DNA of 64,000 nt from Candidatus Latescibacterota bacterium. Lineage in GTDB: Bacteria > Latescibacterota > UBA2968. The translations under genes and the position numbers were made by a program. This document shows, one piece after another, positions 28,941 through 38,296 of this stretch (within the stretch, counting starts at the first letter, position 1; every line of letters starts with the position of its first letter). The stretch covers positions 3,776,001-3,840,000 of the forward strand of contig OZ242320.1 of the NCBI GenBank assembly GCA_965208125.1. The letters are read 5' to 3'. The notes below the pieces were generated by a model, which did not search any database, had not been told where the DNA came from, and saw only the letters and a program-made list of their open reading frames with translations.

Positions 28941-29477
28941 TCATGGTTTGCCCAGGTTAAAACCAATCCCCACGGCTGTGCGCAGGGCACTTGCATCTTC
29001 TTCCTCGCCAATGACCCAACGAATCTCAAATAAAATCTCCATTCTGCGGTTCAACAATTGTTTTTCCATGCCGACCATAATAAAGTGAAGCGCGACCTGA
29101 TATTCATTTTGAAATTCGTTGATGATCAGCCTTTCGCGCCGCACCCGGTTCACGCCCAATCCACCGCCCATATACGCATATGCGGTTCCCGATTTATGCG
29201 GCCACAAGTACTTTAGAAAAGCTCCACCGCCCCTCGCCTGAATCTCTGTGCCGTCGAGATCGGATCCGCTTCCCGTCTCAGCTCCTACCTCGAGGCGCAG
29301 ATTGGGCGAAAATACAGTTGCAATATCTGCTTGAAGTACAAAGAAATGCCGCGTGTCGTTTGCCTGTACAACGTCTAAACCAACCTTGGTAGCCAGATTG
29401 TAGAGCTTAAAACCGGCCTGAGCACTTGTTGTAAAAAAAATTAAAACTAAAAGTCCGACACCAGCAAAAACCCTCAT
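28941..29477 (-). CDS. small outer membrane beta-barrel protein
   Basis: Signal peptide; YAYMGGGLG strand; C-terminal VGIGFNL. Confidence 0.6.
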   Translation of the reverse strand: MRVFAGVGLLVLIFFTTSAQAGFKLYNLATKVGLDVVQANDTRHFFVLQADIATVFSPNLRLEVGAETGSGSDLDGTEIQARGGGAFLKYLWPHKSGTAYAYMGGGLGVNRVRRERLIINEFQNEYQVALHFIMVGMEKQLLNRRMEILFEIRWVIGEEEDASALRTAVGIGFNLGKP

Positions 29478-29495
29478 AATAATCTCCTCACAGCA

Positions 29496-29807
29496 CTACG
29501 ACGCCAGTGCTAATTGTTTGAGATAAGAATAGGTATAAATTCCCGTATCGTGTCCATCTGTCCACCGAATTTGGATGGCATAATTTCCGACTGGAATGAC
29601 ATCCGACAGATCTACTGATGGCGCTTGATCCGCAGTAATCATCTGCAATTGCTCGTCTTGCTTTGCCCGCAGGTCCCCACACAATGCACACGGACAGGCT
29701 TTTCGCACATCGGATAATCTCACGCGCAAAACCCCATCGTCTGCCCAATCCATTTCGAGCCATCCCTCTGCGCGGTCAATGCGAATACGTCTGGGTTTTT
29801 CCGCCAC
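29496..29807 (-). CDS. DUF971 / gamma-butyrobetaine hydroxylase N-terminal-like protein
   Basis: RKACPCALC, PVGNYAIQIRWTDGHDTGIY. Confidence 0.85.
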   Translation of the reverse strand: MAEKPRRIRIDRAEGWLEMDWADDGVLRVRLSDVRKACPCALCGDLRAKQDEQLQMITADQAPSVDLSDVIPVGNYAIQIRWTDGHDTGIYTYSYLKQLALAS

Positions 29808-29817
29808 GATCCGCCCC

Positions 29818-30510
29818 CTAACGCATCAACCGATGCCTCAATCCCAATTCCTGAAGCAAAATACCATACTGCTCGCGTAGATCGTTTTGCAGGGCAAAAG
29901 CGCGGTTATAGGCGATGGTCGCATCTTGAAAAAAACCCTGAGCAGTCAGAGCACGACCCATTAAAATATAATTGAGCGCGTAATGAGGCATGCGTTCTGT
30001 GGTCTCACTGGCCATGTCAAGTGCTTGCTCTAATCGTCCCGTTTTCAGATAAATCCAGCCCAAACCCTGATAGGCTGCGATGATATCGGGGTTCAGGACA
30101 AGCCCCTGCTGGTAATATTGCTCCGATAGAGTCATATCCCCTATTTGATGATATAAATATCCAAGCGTGACCAAAGCGCTCGCGTCAGTCGAATCGTGGG
30201 TGGCTAACTGCTGGCAGGCGTCAATCGCGCGATCGAAATCTTTCATTCGCAAATAAGACGATATGAGAAGGCGCAATGCTTGTGTTTGTACAGGGTTTTG
30301 TTCTAAAATATCGCGCAACGCGACAGCAGCAGCACCGGGATTGCCAGCTTCCAGCGAATCGACAACACTTTTCAATGCGGGGTCGAGAATTACAGCTATC
30401 GAATCATCCGACACCACGACCATCGGATCACTGCTTTCGAACATCTCTTGAGCATTGGAAATCTTTGCACTCAAAAACACGACGACGATTATTCCCAGTC
30501 GCAATATCAT
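29818..30510 (-). CDS. exported tetratricopeptide repeat protein
   Basis: Signal peptide; TPR helices (ALVTLGYLY, AYQGLGWIY); start uncertain (30510 or 30543). Confidence 0.75.
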   Translation of the reverse strand: MILRLGIIVVVFLSAKISNAQEMFESSDPMVVVSDDSIAVILDPALKSVVDSLEAGNPGAAAVALRDILEQNPVQTQALRLLISSYLRMKDFDRAIDACQQLATHDSTDASALVTLGYLYHQIGDMTLSEQYYQQGLVLNPDIIAAYQGLGWIYLKTGRLEQALDMASETTERMPHYALNYILMGRALTAQGFFQDATIAYNRAFALQNDLREQYGILLQELGLRHRLMR

Positions 30511-30570
30511 ATACTTTCCTGAAAATATTAGAAAATCGCGCAACGCTTTAGATATGCCAACTCAGCAGGG

Positions 30571-30627
30571 TCGGGAAAAGGATTTCCCTCCTACTATACA
30601 CCTGTTGGAGCGGCATCCTTGCCGCGA
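30571..30627. repeat. inverted pair of GTAG-type REP palindromes
   Basis: Minus strand GTAGGAGGGAAATCCTTTTCCCGA (30571-30594) and plus strand GTTGGAGCGGCATCCTTGCCGCGA (30604-30627). Confidence 0.65.
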
Positions 30628-30968
30628 TCGATTATCCTCTATAGATACGAGGGACGTCCAGTGTAGGGCCATTGTACTGATGACTTTGGCAAATTCAGTC
30701 GAGTCGTCGCAGTTGTATCCCACACAAAGGGATCGACTATGGGGTACTCAGTAGAGGTATGTGGCAAAATATTGTTTGTGCGATATAAGCGTAGGCTTTG
30801 GCGTATAGAAAGGCCCGGCTCGTAAATTTCAATGGCCGGGCGATTGCACCACATCACAAGAACAAGGTCCGGATCAATCTCTATTCGCTGACAAATCAAT
30901 TTGAGTATCAGATAAGCACCCGCCATAAATTTGGTCATAAAATCCTTTTCTTTTTTTAGCTTTGATCA

Positions 30969-31796
30969 CTAACCGCTCTTGCTGCCAAACGCGGCGACAA
31001 AGAGGAGAAAATCTGAAAATTCAACCGCGCCGTTTCCATCCAGGTCCATACGGGCATCAAAACCGTCATCAGATGAAGACTTGCCAAACTGCGCGACAAA
31101 GAGGAGAAAGTCTGGAAATTCAACCGCGCCGTTTCCGTCAAAATCACCAGTTAGCGTAGGCGGTGGTACTGGTGGCCCTGTATCCTTCATTTTCGCGAAA
31201 GTGATCACTATTCTGACTGGATCATCTGGCGGAGCGAACTGAGAAAGCACGCTTAGTGCGATGGGTCTTATACCTTCGGATAATGACGCCAACAATTCTT
31301 CTAACTGAAGCGGGCGTATGATCTGCAGTGAATCCGCCGTCGCCGTGTACGTATAATTGAGTGGGTCTTCATTTTCGCGCGTTATGGTGAGTGCATGGGT
31401 ATCGGACGTGACCGTATAATTTCCCTCGTATCGGCTTGTATCGTGTACAGCGACTACAACCGGAATAGTCAATAGCTCCGCAGAGATATTGGTCACTGTC
31501 TTGTAGTCAGATTGAACACTGCCATCTGAACCAAAAGTCAGTGTGCCGTTGATCTCGCCTTCAACTGTAAGAGGCTTTACTGCTTCCACGAGCGCGGCCG
31601 GGACATAAGCGTTCAACTCGACCTTTTCAGCTACCCAGGATCCGACGATGTCGCCACCTTGAGGACTGGGGGTTTCTGGTATCAATCCCGCGCCTGCCTG
31701 TCCAAATGCTATGAACGCCGTCATAATTAGAACGCAGTTTTTCAATACTTTAAACTGCCATTTTTTGACCACGACGCCAAAATTTGATCCGTTCAT
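30969..31796 (-). CDS. exported lipocalin-like protein with C-terminal dockerin/EF-hand-like domain
   Basis: IVGSW motif, Pro-rich linker, duplicated D[FL]DGNGAVEF.DFLLFVA.FG. Confidence 0.7.
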   Translation of the reverse strand: MNGSNFGVVVKKWQFKVLKNCVLIMTAFIAFGQAGAGLIPETPSPQGGDIVGSWVAEKVELNAYVPAALVEAVKPLTVEGEINGTLTFGSDGSVQSDYKTVTNISAELLTIPVVVAVHDTSRYEGNYTVTSDTHALTITRENEDPLNYTYTATADSLQIIRPLQLEELLASLSEGIRPIALSVLSQFAPPDDPVRIVITFAKMKDTGPPVPPPTLTGDFDGNGAVEFPDFLLFVAQFGKSSSDDGFDARMDLDGNGAVEFSDFLLFVAAFGSKSG

Positions 31797-31957
31797 ATCC
31801 CTCCTCCAGTGTTTATTCGATTCTTCTACAACACACGATCACTTTTCAATTTACGCAATTCGCGTGTCCTCTGCAATACTTAACTCATGTTGTTAAATTT
31901 TTCATTGCGTGCTATTTTGAAGTATTCTGTAAAATGATACTTGAGAAAGGAGCACAT

Positions 31958-32902
31958 ATGCAATATCGAGTTCTCGTCGATGTCGATCTCCCCGATGAAA
32001 TTCCAGAGATGATGAATAACCGCTGCGAACTGCACATTTTGGCGCAAGGCGATGTTTCAGATGATAAATTCGCGTCTGCACAAGGGCTGCTCACTTATGG
32101 ACACCCGATTATCGGCGGTGATTTTATGGATCGCATGCCCAATTTGAAAGTTATCAGCAATTTTGGTGTTGGTGTAGATCACATTGATCTCTCAGCAGCC
32201 AAGCAGCGCGGGATTCCAGTGGGCAATACACCCAATATGCTCGATGGCGCGACAGCCGATATGACTTTTGCAATGCTCATGGCAGCCGCCCGCAATATCG
32301 TTATTGGCGACCGTTTTGCCCGCAGTGCGGCGTTTACGCATTACGATCCACGCATTTTGATCGGACATGAAATCCACGGTACAACACTGGGTATTATTGG
32401 TATGGGCAATATCGGCAGGCAGGTCGCGCGACGGGCGCGGGGATTTGACATGAATGTGCTGTATCACAACCGAAAACCCGATCCCAAAGCCGAGGTCGAG
32501 TTGGGCGCGACTTATGTATCCCTCAACGATCTGCTCGAACAATCGGATTTTGTCACTTTGAATGTGCCGCTGACTGAGGAAACGCGAAATATGATTGGTC
32601 GAGATCAGCTCAGGCGAATGAAAAAAACTGCCATACTGGTCAATTTGGCGCGCGGGGGTGTTATCGATCACGATGCGCTCGTAGAAGCTCTTGATAATAA
32701 TTGGATCGCAGTTGCCGCGCTCGATGTGACCGAACCCGAACCCCTTCCACGTGATCATCCCCTCCTGTCCATGGACAATGTGGTTATAGTTCCCCACTTG
32801 GGTAGTGCCACACGCCAGACGCGCATAGCAATGGCACAGCGCACAGTAGATAATCTTATAGCTGGACTCACGGATCAGCCATTGATCACTTATGTAGTGT
32901 AA
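31958..32902 (+). CDS. D-2-hydroxyacid dehydrogenase (glyoxylate/hydroxypyruvate reductase-like)
   Basis: GVGVDHID, GIIGMGNIG, VNLARGG, LDVTEPEP, PHLGSAT. Confidence 0.9.
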   Translation: MQYRVLVDVDLPDEIPEMMNNRCELHILAQGDVSDDKFASAQGLLTYGHPIIGGDFMDRMPNLKVISNFGVGVDHIDLSAAKQRGIPVGNTPNMLDGATADMTFAMLMAAARNIVIGDRFARSAAFTHYDPRILIGHEIHGTTLGIIGMGNIGRQVARRARGFDMNVLYHNRKPDPKAEVELGATYVSLNDLLEQSDFVTLNVPLTEETRNMIGRDQLRRMKKTAILVNLARGGVIDHDALVEALDNNWIAVAALDVTEPEPLPRDHPLLSMDNVVIVPHLGSATRQTRIAMAQRTVDNLIAGLTDQPLITYVV

Positions 32903-32910
32903 GATAGATG

Positions 32911-34260
32911 CTAAGCGCATGCAATACCCATTTTGTCGCATCTCCTTCTCAGTCGTTTGAGTTGATCTGAGGATCTGTGATCTCCCGCGAGATTGAAGGA
33001 TTCGCGAGGGTCCTTGCGGAGATCGTAAAGTTCCTCATAGACGGGCTGTTGTTCGTAGTAGCGAATGTATTTCCAGCGTTTTGTGCGTATCCCTTCGCTC
33101 TTGGGGATGTTGGCGCGGTGGAACCGGTGTTCGCAGAAGAACGCTTTTCGCCAGTCAACTTTCTCGTCGCGCAACAATGGGACAAGGGATTTGCCCTGCA
33201 TTTTGTCCGAAGCGTTTAGACCTGCCAGTTCGAGGATGGTTGGCGAGATATCGATGTTTAGCGCTAATTCTTCGCGGATGAGACCCCGGTTGTTCTCGGC
33301 ATCCCTCGGATCGAAGACAATAAGGGGAATGCGGATCGATTGTTCGTTTAATTGCCAGCAGTCGCTGAGTCCGCGGTCTCCATAGTACATCCCGTGATCA
33401 GATGCGAAGATTACGACTGTGTTGTTGGATAATGACAGTTGATCCATGGTCCCGAGAATCCTGCCTATGTTCCGATCGACACCGCTCACCATTCGGTACA
33501 GTCCTCGCATGTTTCTCTGGTAGTCCTCAGATGTCGCATAGCGTTTTTGCCATCGCACGCGACTTTCCGTTTCGCGCAAAAATTTCGGCAATTGCCAGAA
33601 GAAGTCGGGATGGGCGTTTAATGGTTCCGGTATCTGCGTCTCTGTGTAGAGGTGATCTTCAGTAGCGGGCCAGATGTAGTAGCGCGGATCATTGTCCTGT
33701 GCGTGCGGCGCGTTGAAACTGACGGAGAGACAAAATGGCTGGCTGGGGTGAACTGATTGATGTGTGCGCAGAAAGTCGATCGTTTTGTCCCCAGTGATGT
33801 CGGTCAGGTGGCGCACACTGCCGTCAGACTGTCTGATTTCATACCCTTCTTCGGTCCAGTGTTCGTAGTTGTCGAATACGTCAAACATTTTTCCCACTGC
33901 ATCCTCGTCCTGTAGAGAAGGGGCGATTCCGTTGGTGGCAATGCCGAATTTGCCGATTAGCCCCGTGCGATAACCCGCCATTTTGAGGACCGATGGGTAG
34001 GAGATGTCGGTGTATGTGCTTTGGAGGGGTGGTGTGAGGAAAGTGAATCGGTGGCGTCTTTCATAGACGCCAGTGAGATAGCTGGCCCGGCTTGCAGCGC
34101 AGATCGGACTTGTGCAGAATGCGTTTTCGAACCGCACACCGTTTGCGGCAAGCTGATCGATGTTCGGGGTTTTGATGATTGGATTGCCAGCGCAACCGAG
34201 CAGGTCATTGCGCTGGTTGTCGGTCAGGAGGAAGAGGATGTTCGGAGCAGGTGCTTTCAC
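32911..34260 (-). CDS. sulfatase (Cys-type)
   Basis: PNILFLLTDNQR, ICAASRASYLTG, SFNAPH, SDHG. Confidence 0.9.
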   Translation of the reverse strand: MKAPAPNILFLLTDNQRNDLLGCAGNPIIKTPNIDQLAANGVRFENAFCTSPICAASRASYLTGVYERRHRFTFLTPPLQSTYTDISYPSVLKMAGYRTGLIGKFGIATNGIAPSLQDEDAVGKMFDVFDNYEHWTEEGYEIRQSDGSVRHLTDITGDKTIDFLRTHQSVHPSQPFCLSVSFNAPHAQDNDPRYYIWPATEDHLYTETQIPEPLNAHPDFFWQLPKFLRETESRVRWQKRYATSEDYQRNMRGLYRMVSGVDRNIGRILGTMDQLSLSNNTVVIFASDHGMYYGDRGLSDCWQLNEQSIRIPLIVFDPRDAENNRGLIREELALNIDISPTILELAGLNASDKMQGKSLVPLLRDEKVDWRKAFFCEHRFHRANIPKSEGIRTKRWKYIRYYEQQPVYEELYDLRKDPRESFNLAGDHRSSDQLKRLRRRCDKMGIACA

Positions 34261-34263
34261 ATC

Positions 34264-35328
34264 TCACCTAATTACAATGTGCTGACCCGTGTCATTTGAC
34301 CTGTATGCCGCTTCAATGATTCTGGCAACTTTTAAGGCATCTTCTCCAGAGGTCGGAGCCGTACTTTTGCCCGCAGTAGATCGAATAAAGTCATCCAAAA
34401 AAGCGATTCCATAAGCACCGCCATAAGCATCGATTTCGGGTAGCGTGTAATCAAAGGTTCGCTGAGATGCCGTGTGCCAGCCTTCTGCAACGCTTTCGAG
34501 ATACAATTCTGAGGGACCGCCCGAGGGCGTCCAGAACACGCGGCCCTCGTGACCGCGAAATCCCATATACGTGTCGTAATTCGGTCCCATATAACCCGCG
34601 CCACTTATTGATAGTTGATATCCTGCCTGCAGGCTGCCCAGTGCGCCATTGGAAAACCGGAAGGATAGAGACGCTACATCTTCAACATCAATGTCTTCGC
34701 CGCTGAGTGTATCGACAACTGCAGAAACGGAGACGATGTCTGAGTCCATTACATAGCACAACAGGTCGATATAATGACATCCCAGCCACGACAAAATACC
34801 GCCGCCGGAAATCGACCGATCAAATAGCCAGTGTTTGGGGTTGCGAAATTTTACCTGCGATGTGACCATCCGGGACTCACAAGATGTCACCTGACCTATT
34901 GCACCGCCCTGGATGACTCTTCGCGCTTCACAAGTGACGGGGTGATAGCGATTCTGATACATGACCCCCAATTGTACGCCCGCTTTTGCGGCGCCATCTA
35001 CGACCCGAGAAACAGCGACAACCGAAGCCCCGATGGGTTTTTCACTGATGACGTGAATGCCCTGCTCGAACAAGCGCAGGCAAAGGTCTGGGTTCTGGTC
35101 GTTTTGGGCACAGGCCACACCAAAGACTGTATTTTCAGAGCCTAAAAGTACACTGAGATCGGAATATGCACCCGCGACTTTATCTGTTGAATTAAAGCTG
35201 TTCAGCGCCGAGGGATCGGCGTCGTACAGAATGATCTCATCTACCAGTGTAGAAGCCTGCAGGGTTTTGAAATGGGCTTCTGAATGGGGATGTGTCAGGC
35301 CAAATAAGCCAGCGCGAATGGGTTTCAT
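34264..35328 (-). CDS. Gfo/Idh/MocA oxidoreductase
   Basis: EKP motif, GGGILSWLGCHYID. Confidence 0.9.
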   Translation of the reverse strand: MKPIRAGLFGLTHPHSEAHFKTLQASTLVDEIILYDADPSALNSFNSTDKVAGAYSDLSVLLGSENTVFGVACAQNDQNPDLCLRLFEQGIHVISEKPIGASVVAVSRVVDGAAKAGVQLGVMYQNRYHPVTCEARRVIQGGAIGQVTSCESRMVTSQVKFRNPKHWLFDRSISGGGILSWLGCHYIDLLCYVMDSDIVSVSAVVDTLSGEDIDVEDVASLSFRFSNGALGSLQAGYQLSISGAGYMGPNYDTYMGFRGHEGRVFWTPSGGPSELYLESVAEGWHTASQRTFDYTLPEIDAYGGAYGIAFLDDFIRSTAGKSTAPTSGEDALKVARIIEAAYRSNDTGQHIVIR

Positions 35329-35349
35329 CAGGTTGTCCTCAGGATAGGT

Positions 35350-36159
35350 TTATAAATACGGCAGTACTTCGCGCTTGAGCGCGTTGAGATATGTCCATTC
35401 TTCGCCGGGATCCTGGAAGATCAATGTGTAATATCCCGAGAAATTGGCTTTGCGCGTCAAGTCCAAACAGGTTAGGAAACGATCTCGCAACATGATCCCA
35501 TCTTCGTAATCCGCTTTGGTGTGAATCGTATCTGCAAATGGCAAAACTTTTGCGAGGTCGCTCAGCTTGTGTTCTCCTTTGAAGTTGCCTAAATCGGTAC
35601 ACAATCCGATTTTTCCATCACATCTGTTCAAAATATCCAGTAGGGGAGCGGCACGCTGGGTCAATCGCTTGAAATTCTCGGTCATGACACGCACGCCACA
35701 ACCGCGTGCATAGTCCGACAATTGTAGCAGATTTTGCGCGCTGAGTGCTATGGATTCCGCGTCTGGCTCTGCTTCGCCAGCGATTACGCGCACATTATCC
35801 GCGCCACAGGTGGATGCGATGTCGATCCATCTCCGAATTTCTGCCAGGTCCTTTTCTCTTTGTTCGGGATCGGGATGCGTAATATCCCAGGCGTCGATCA
35901 AGATGCTGTAAAGCGATATGCCGTGTCTGTCCAGTTCCGCGCGCAGGTCTGCTATAAATGCATCATCTGTTGTGGGAAAATGAAAATGGCAGATTTCCAA
36001 ATGTTTGATGCCATGCGATGCCACTTCGCGGGGAACATCGAGTAGCTGTATGCGTCCCTCATCACCATTTCGGTTCACAAATCCATCGGGTGTGCGATCG
36101 TACCACGCCTTTCCCAAAGCGCGGTGTAAACTCCAGGTGGAAATAGATAGTTCTGGCAT
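35350..36159 (-). CDS. sugar phosphate isomerase/epimerase (xylose isomerase-like TIM barrel)
   Basis: EN, DLGNF, HTK metal motifs. Confidence 0.8.
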   Translation of the reverse strand: MPELSISTWSLHRALGKAWYDRTPDGFVNRNGDEGRIQLLDVPREVASHGIKHLEICHFHFPTTDDAFIADLRAELDRHGISLYSILIDAWDITHPDPEQREKDLAEIRRWIDIASTCGADNVRVIAGEAEPDAESIALSAQNLLQLSDYARGCGVRVMTENFKRLTQRAAPLLDILNRCDGKIGLCTDLGNFKGEHKLSDLAKVLPFADTIHTKADYEDGIMLRDRFLTCLDLTRKANFSGYYTLIFQDPGEEWTYLNALKREVLPYL

Positions 36160-36206
36160 ATTACAACCTCCAGTGATCAGTCGAGAAGAAGACTATTTCT
36201 CACAGT

Positions 36207-37265
36207 TTACGTTTTGCAGCCCACTTTTTCAGATAGCTGACAGATCGCCTGAGCAGCTTCGTCAACATCGGATTTGGAAATGCCGATGTGTGGGATCAAT
36301 CTTATCAGGTGCGTGCCAATAACGCTTACGCGTATGCCGTATTCGGCGAGCAATCGGTCGCCAAAATCGCGAGCGGAAATGCCCAGTTGAGCTACGTCAA
36401 AGCGCACCATATTGGTTTCTACACCTTCGATATCAATTCCAATTCCGGGTGTTTTTGCAATACCTTTTGCCAGGCGTTTTGCATTGGCGTGATCTTCTGC
36501 CATTCGTTCGACGTTGTGTTTCAGCGCGTAGATACCAGCGGCGGCAATGATGCCGGCCTGCCGCATGGCGCCTCCGATGCGCTGTTTCCACTGCCAGGCG
36601 TTTAGAATAAACTCTGAAGGGCCCGCCAGTACAGCCCCCACAGGCGCGCCCAGGCCCTTGCTCAGATCGATCCACAGAGTGTCAAAAGACTCGGCGTACT
36701 CTTTTGGTGCAATGCCAGTTGCAACGGTTGCATTCAGGAGCCGCGCACCGTCCATGTGCGTTAAAGCACCTTTTTCGTGCGCCATATCGCACACTGCGCG
36801 TATCTGTTCGAGGGGCCATATACGGCCCCCTGGCATATTTGTGGTCTGTTCGGCACAGACGAGGCGGAAGGGCGGTCTATATCGCGTTGACGGCACCATA
36901 ACCTCTTCCATTTGGTCGGGTGTAAACATGCCATTTTTCCCGTCGATGGGATACAGTGTTGCGCGAGCGAGCACTGCTGCACCGCCTGCTTCCGATATGA
37001 GCGGGTGTGCAGTGCGATCTACTAAAATGAGATCTCCTGCGCGGCAGTGAACCGCATAAGAAATTTGGTTGCACATGGTTCCCGATGGCAAAAAAAGAGC
37101 CGCCTCTTTGCCCAGCATCTCGGCGACCATATCCTGTAGGGCGTTCACCGACGGGTCCTCGCCCTTTTGCTCATCACCCACTTCTGCCCGACACATAAAC
37201 TCGCGCATCGCTTGTGTTGGCACGGTGGATGTATCGCTGTAAAGATCAATTTTAATGTCAGTCAT
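36207..37265 (-). CDS. ltaE: low-specificity L-threonine aldolase
   Basis: DLYSDT, PSGTMCNQ, HMDGARL, SKGLGAPVG, GGAMRQAG. Confidence 0.85.
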   Translation of the reverse strand: MTDIKIDLYSDTSTVPTQAMREFMCRAEVGDEQKGEDPSVNALQDMVAEMLGKEAALFLPSGTMCNQISYAVHCRAGDLILVDRTAHPLISEAGGAAVLARATLYPIDGKNGMFTPDQMEEVMVPSTRYRPPFRLVCAEQTTNMPGGRIWPLEQIRAVCDMAHEKGALTHMDGARLLNATVATGIAPKEYAESFDTLWIDLSKGLGAPVGAVLAGPSEFILNAWQWKQRIGGAMRQAGIIAAAGIYALKHNVERMAEDHANAKRLAKGIAKTPGIGIDIEGVETNMVRFDVAQLGISARDFGDRLLAEYGIRVSVIGTHLIRLIPHIGISKSDVDEAAQAICQLSEKVGCKT

Positions 37266-38225
37266 TTATCTGCTTTCTCCTGGGCCAGATTTGAAAAGAT
37301 TCAGAAACCGATCTTCGTAAAATGGATAGAGGTTCCAACGGTCCAGTTCTGCTTTGAGTTCATTGGCTTTTTTGTGAAACTGATCTGTTTTTTTCACTTC
37401 GCGGAACATCTTTTCAATGCGTTTCATAACGGACTGCGGCACTTTATCCTCTTCGATCTTTCCGCCTGGAAATTCGTTTTCTGGAATATCGTCCATGTGG
37501 GAAAATGTTTTTTGGATCTGCATCTCAATATCTTCCATTGTGCCTTTCATCTTTTCGGCTGCATCGTCAATTTCCGACATATCGATTGAAAAGTTTAACA
37601 GATCTGCCAAAATCAACACAATTTCTTTTGAAGCTTTGGGATTTGGAATGGGAGCAGCATATTGCGGCATGGTTCCCAAAAAACAGGCCGCATTGAGTTC
37701 GCGTTTTTTGGCAAAGCCCAACAACAGGCCATTAAGTCCCGAAACCATCCCTTCTTTTAATATCTCTACTCCGTGAGATGATAGCAAATCTCGAAATTCA
37801 GAGTTGTTCGCCACTCCCAGCACATGTGCGTCTTCTTTGTGGCTGGCCTGCGTGAGATAGGCCGCGCCTGTGAGAACCGTATCGATGCCCACCCGCTGCC
37901 CCACATCCAGGACTTTGTCCAGCAATTCATCGCCGGGTGCTCCGCCTATTTGCGCCTCGCTTTGAAAAATAATCAAATCGTGTTCTTCCACTGCATAAAA
38001 TATATGGACAGGTGGATCGGGAAAGGCCGCGATCCCGTCTTCTACAATCATGGCTTCGGGCGGGAAGTGAGATCGCATGTCTATTTCTGCAAATGCGACA
38101 GCATTGAGTTTGCGCCGGATATAGTCAATGGCACCAATGCCAACGCTGCCCATACCAGGCCACCCTGCAAGCAATACTGATGCCCGAAAAGAACGGGGCA
38201 ATTCTTTCAATACGTTTAGTTTCAT
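37266..38225 (-). CDS. PAC2 family (proteasome assembly chaperone-like) protein
   Basis: AGWPGMGSVG, SGLNGLLLG, PNPKAS, helical C-terminal extension. Confidence 0.8.
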   Translation of the reverse strand: MKLNVLKELPRSFRASVLLAGWPGMGSVGIGAIDYIRRKLNAVAFAEIDMRSHFPPEAMIVEDGIAAFPDPPVHIFYAVEEHDLIIFQSEAQIGGAPGDELLDKVLDVGQRVGIDTVLTGAAYLTQASHKEDAHVLGVANNSEFRDLLSSHGVEILKEGMVSGLNGLLLGFAKKRELNAACFLGTMPQYAAPIPNPKASKEIVLILADLLNFSIDMSEIDDAAEKMKGTMEDIEMQIQKTFSHMDDIPENEFPGGKIEEDKVPQSVMKRIEKMFREVKKTDQFHKKANELKAELDRWNLYPFYEDRFLNLFKSGPGESR

Positions 38226-38296
38226 TTTATGACCTTTCCACAAGGGACAAAGCGTTTTAGAAATAATATCAAATTATAGGCACAAACACAACTATA

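Noticed and set aside
30639-30938. 99-aa minus-strand ORF or possible ncRNA
   Set aside because: No recognisable protein motif or RNA family; contains a hairpin (CCCGGC...GCCGGG) that may just terminate the upstream gene
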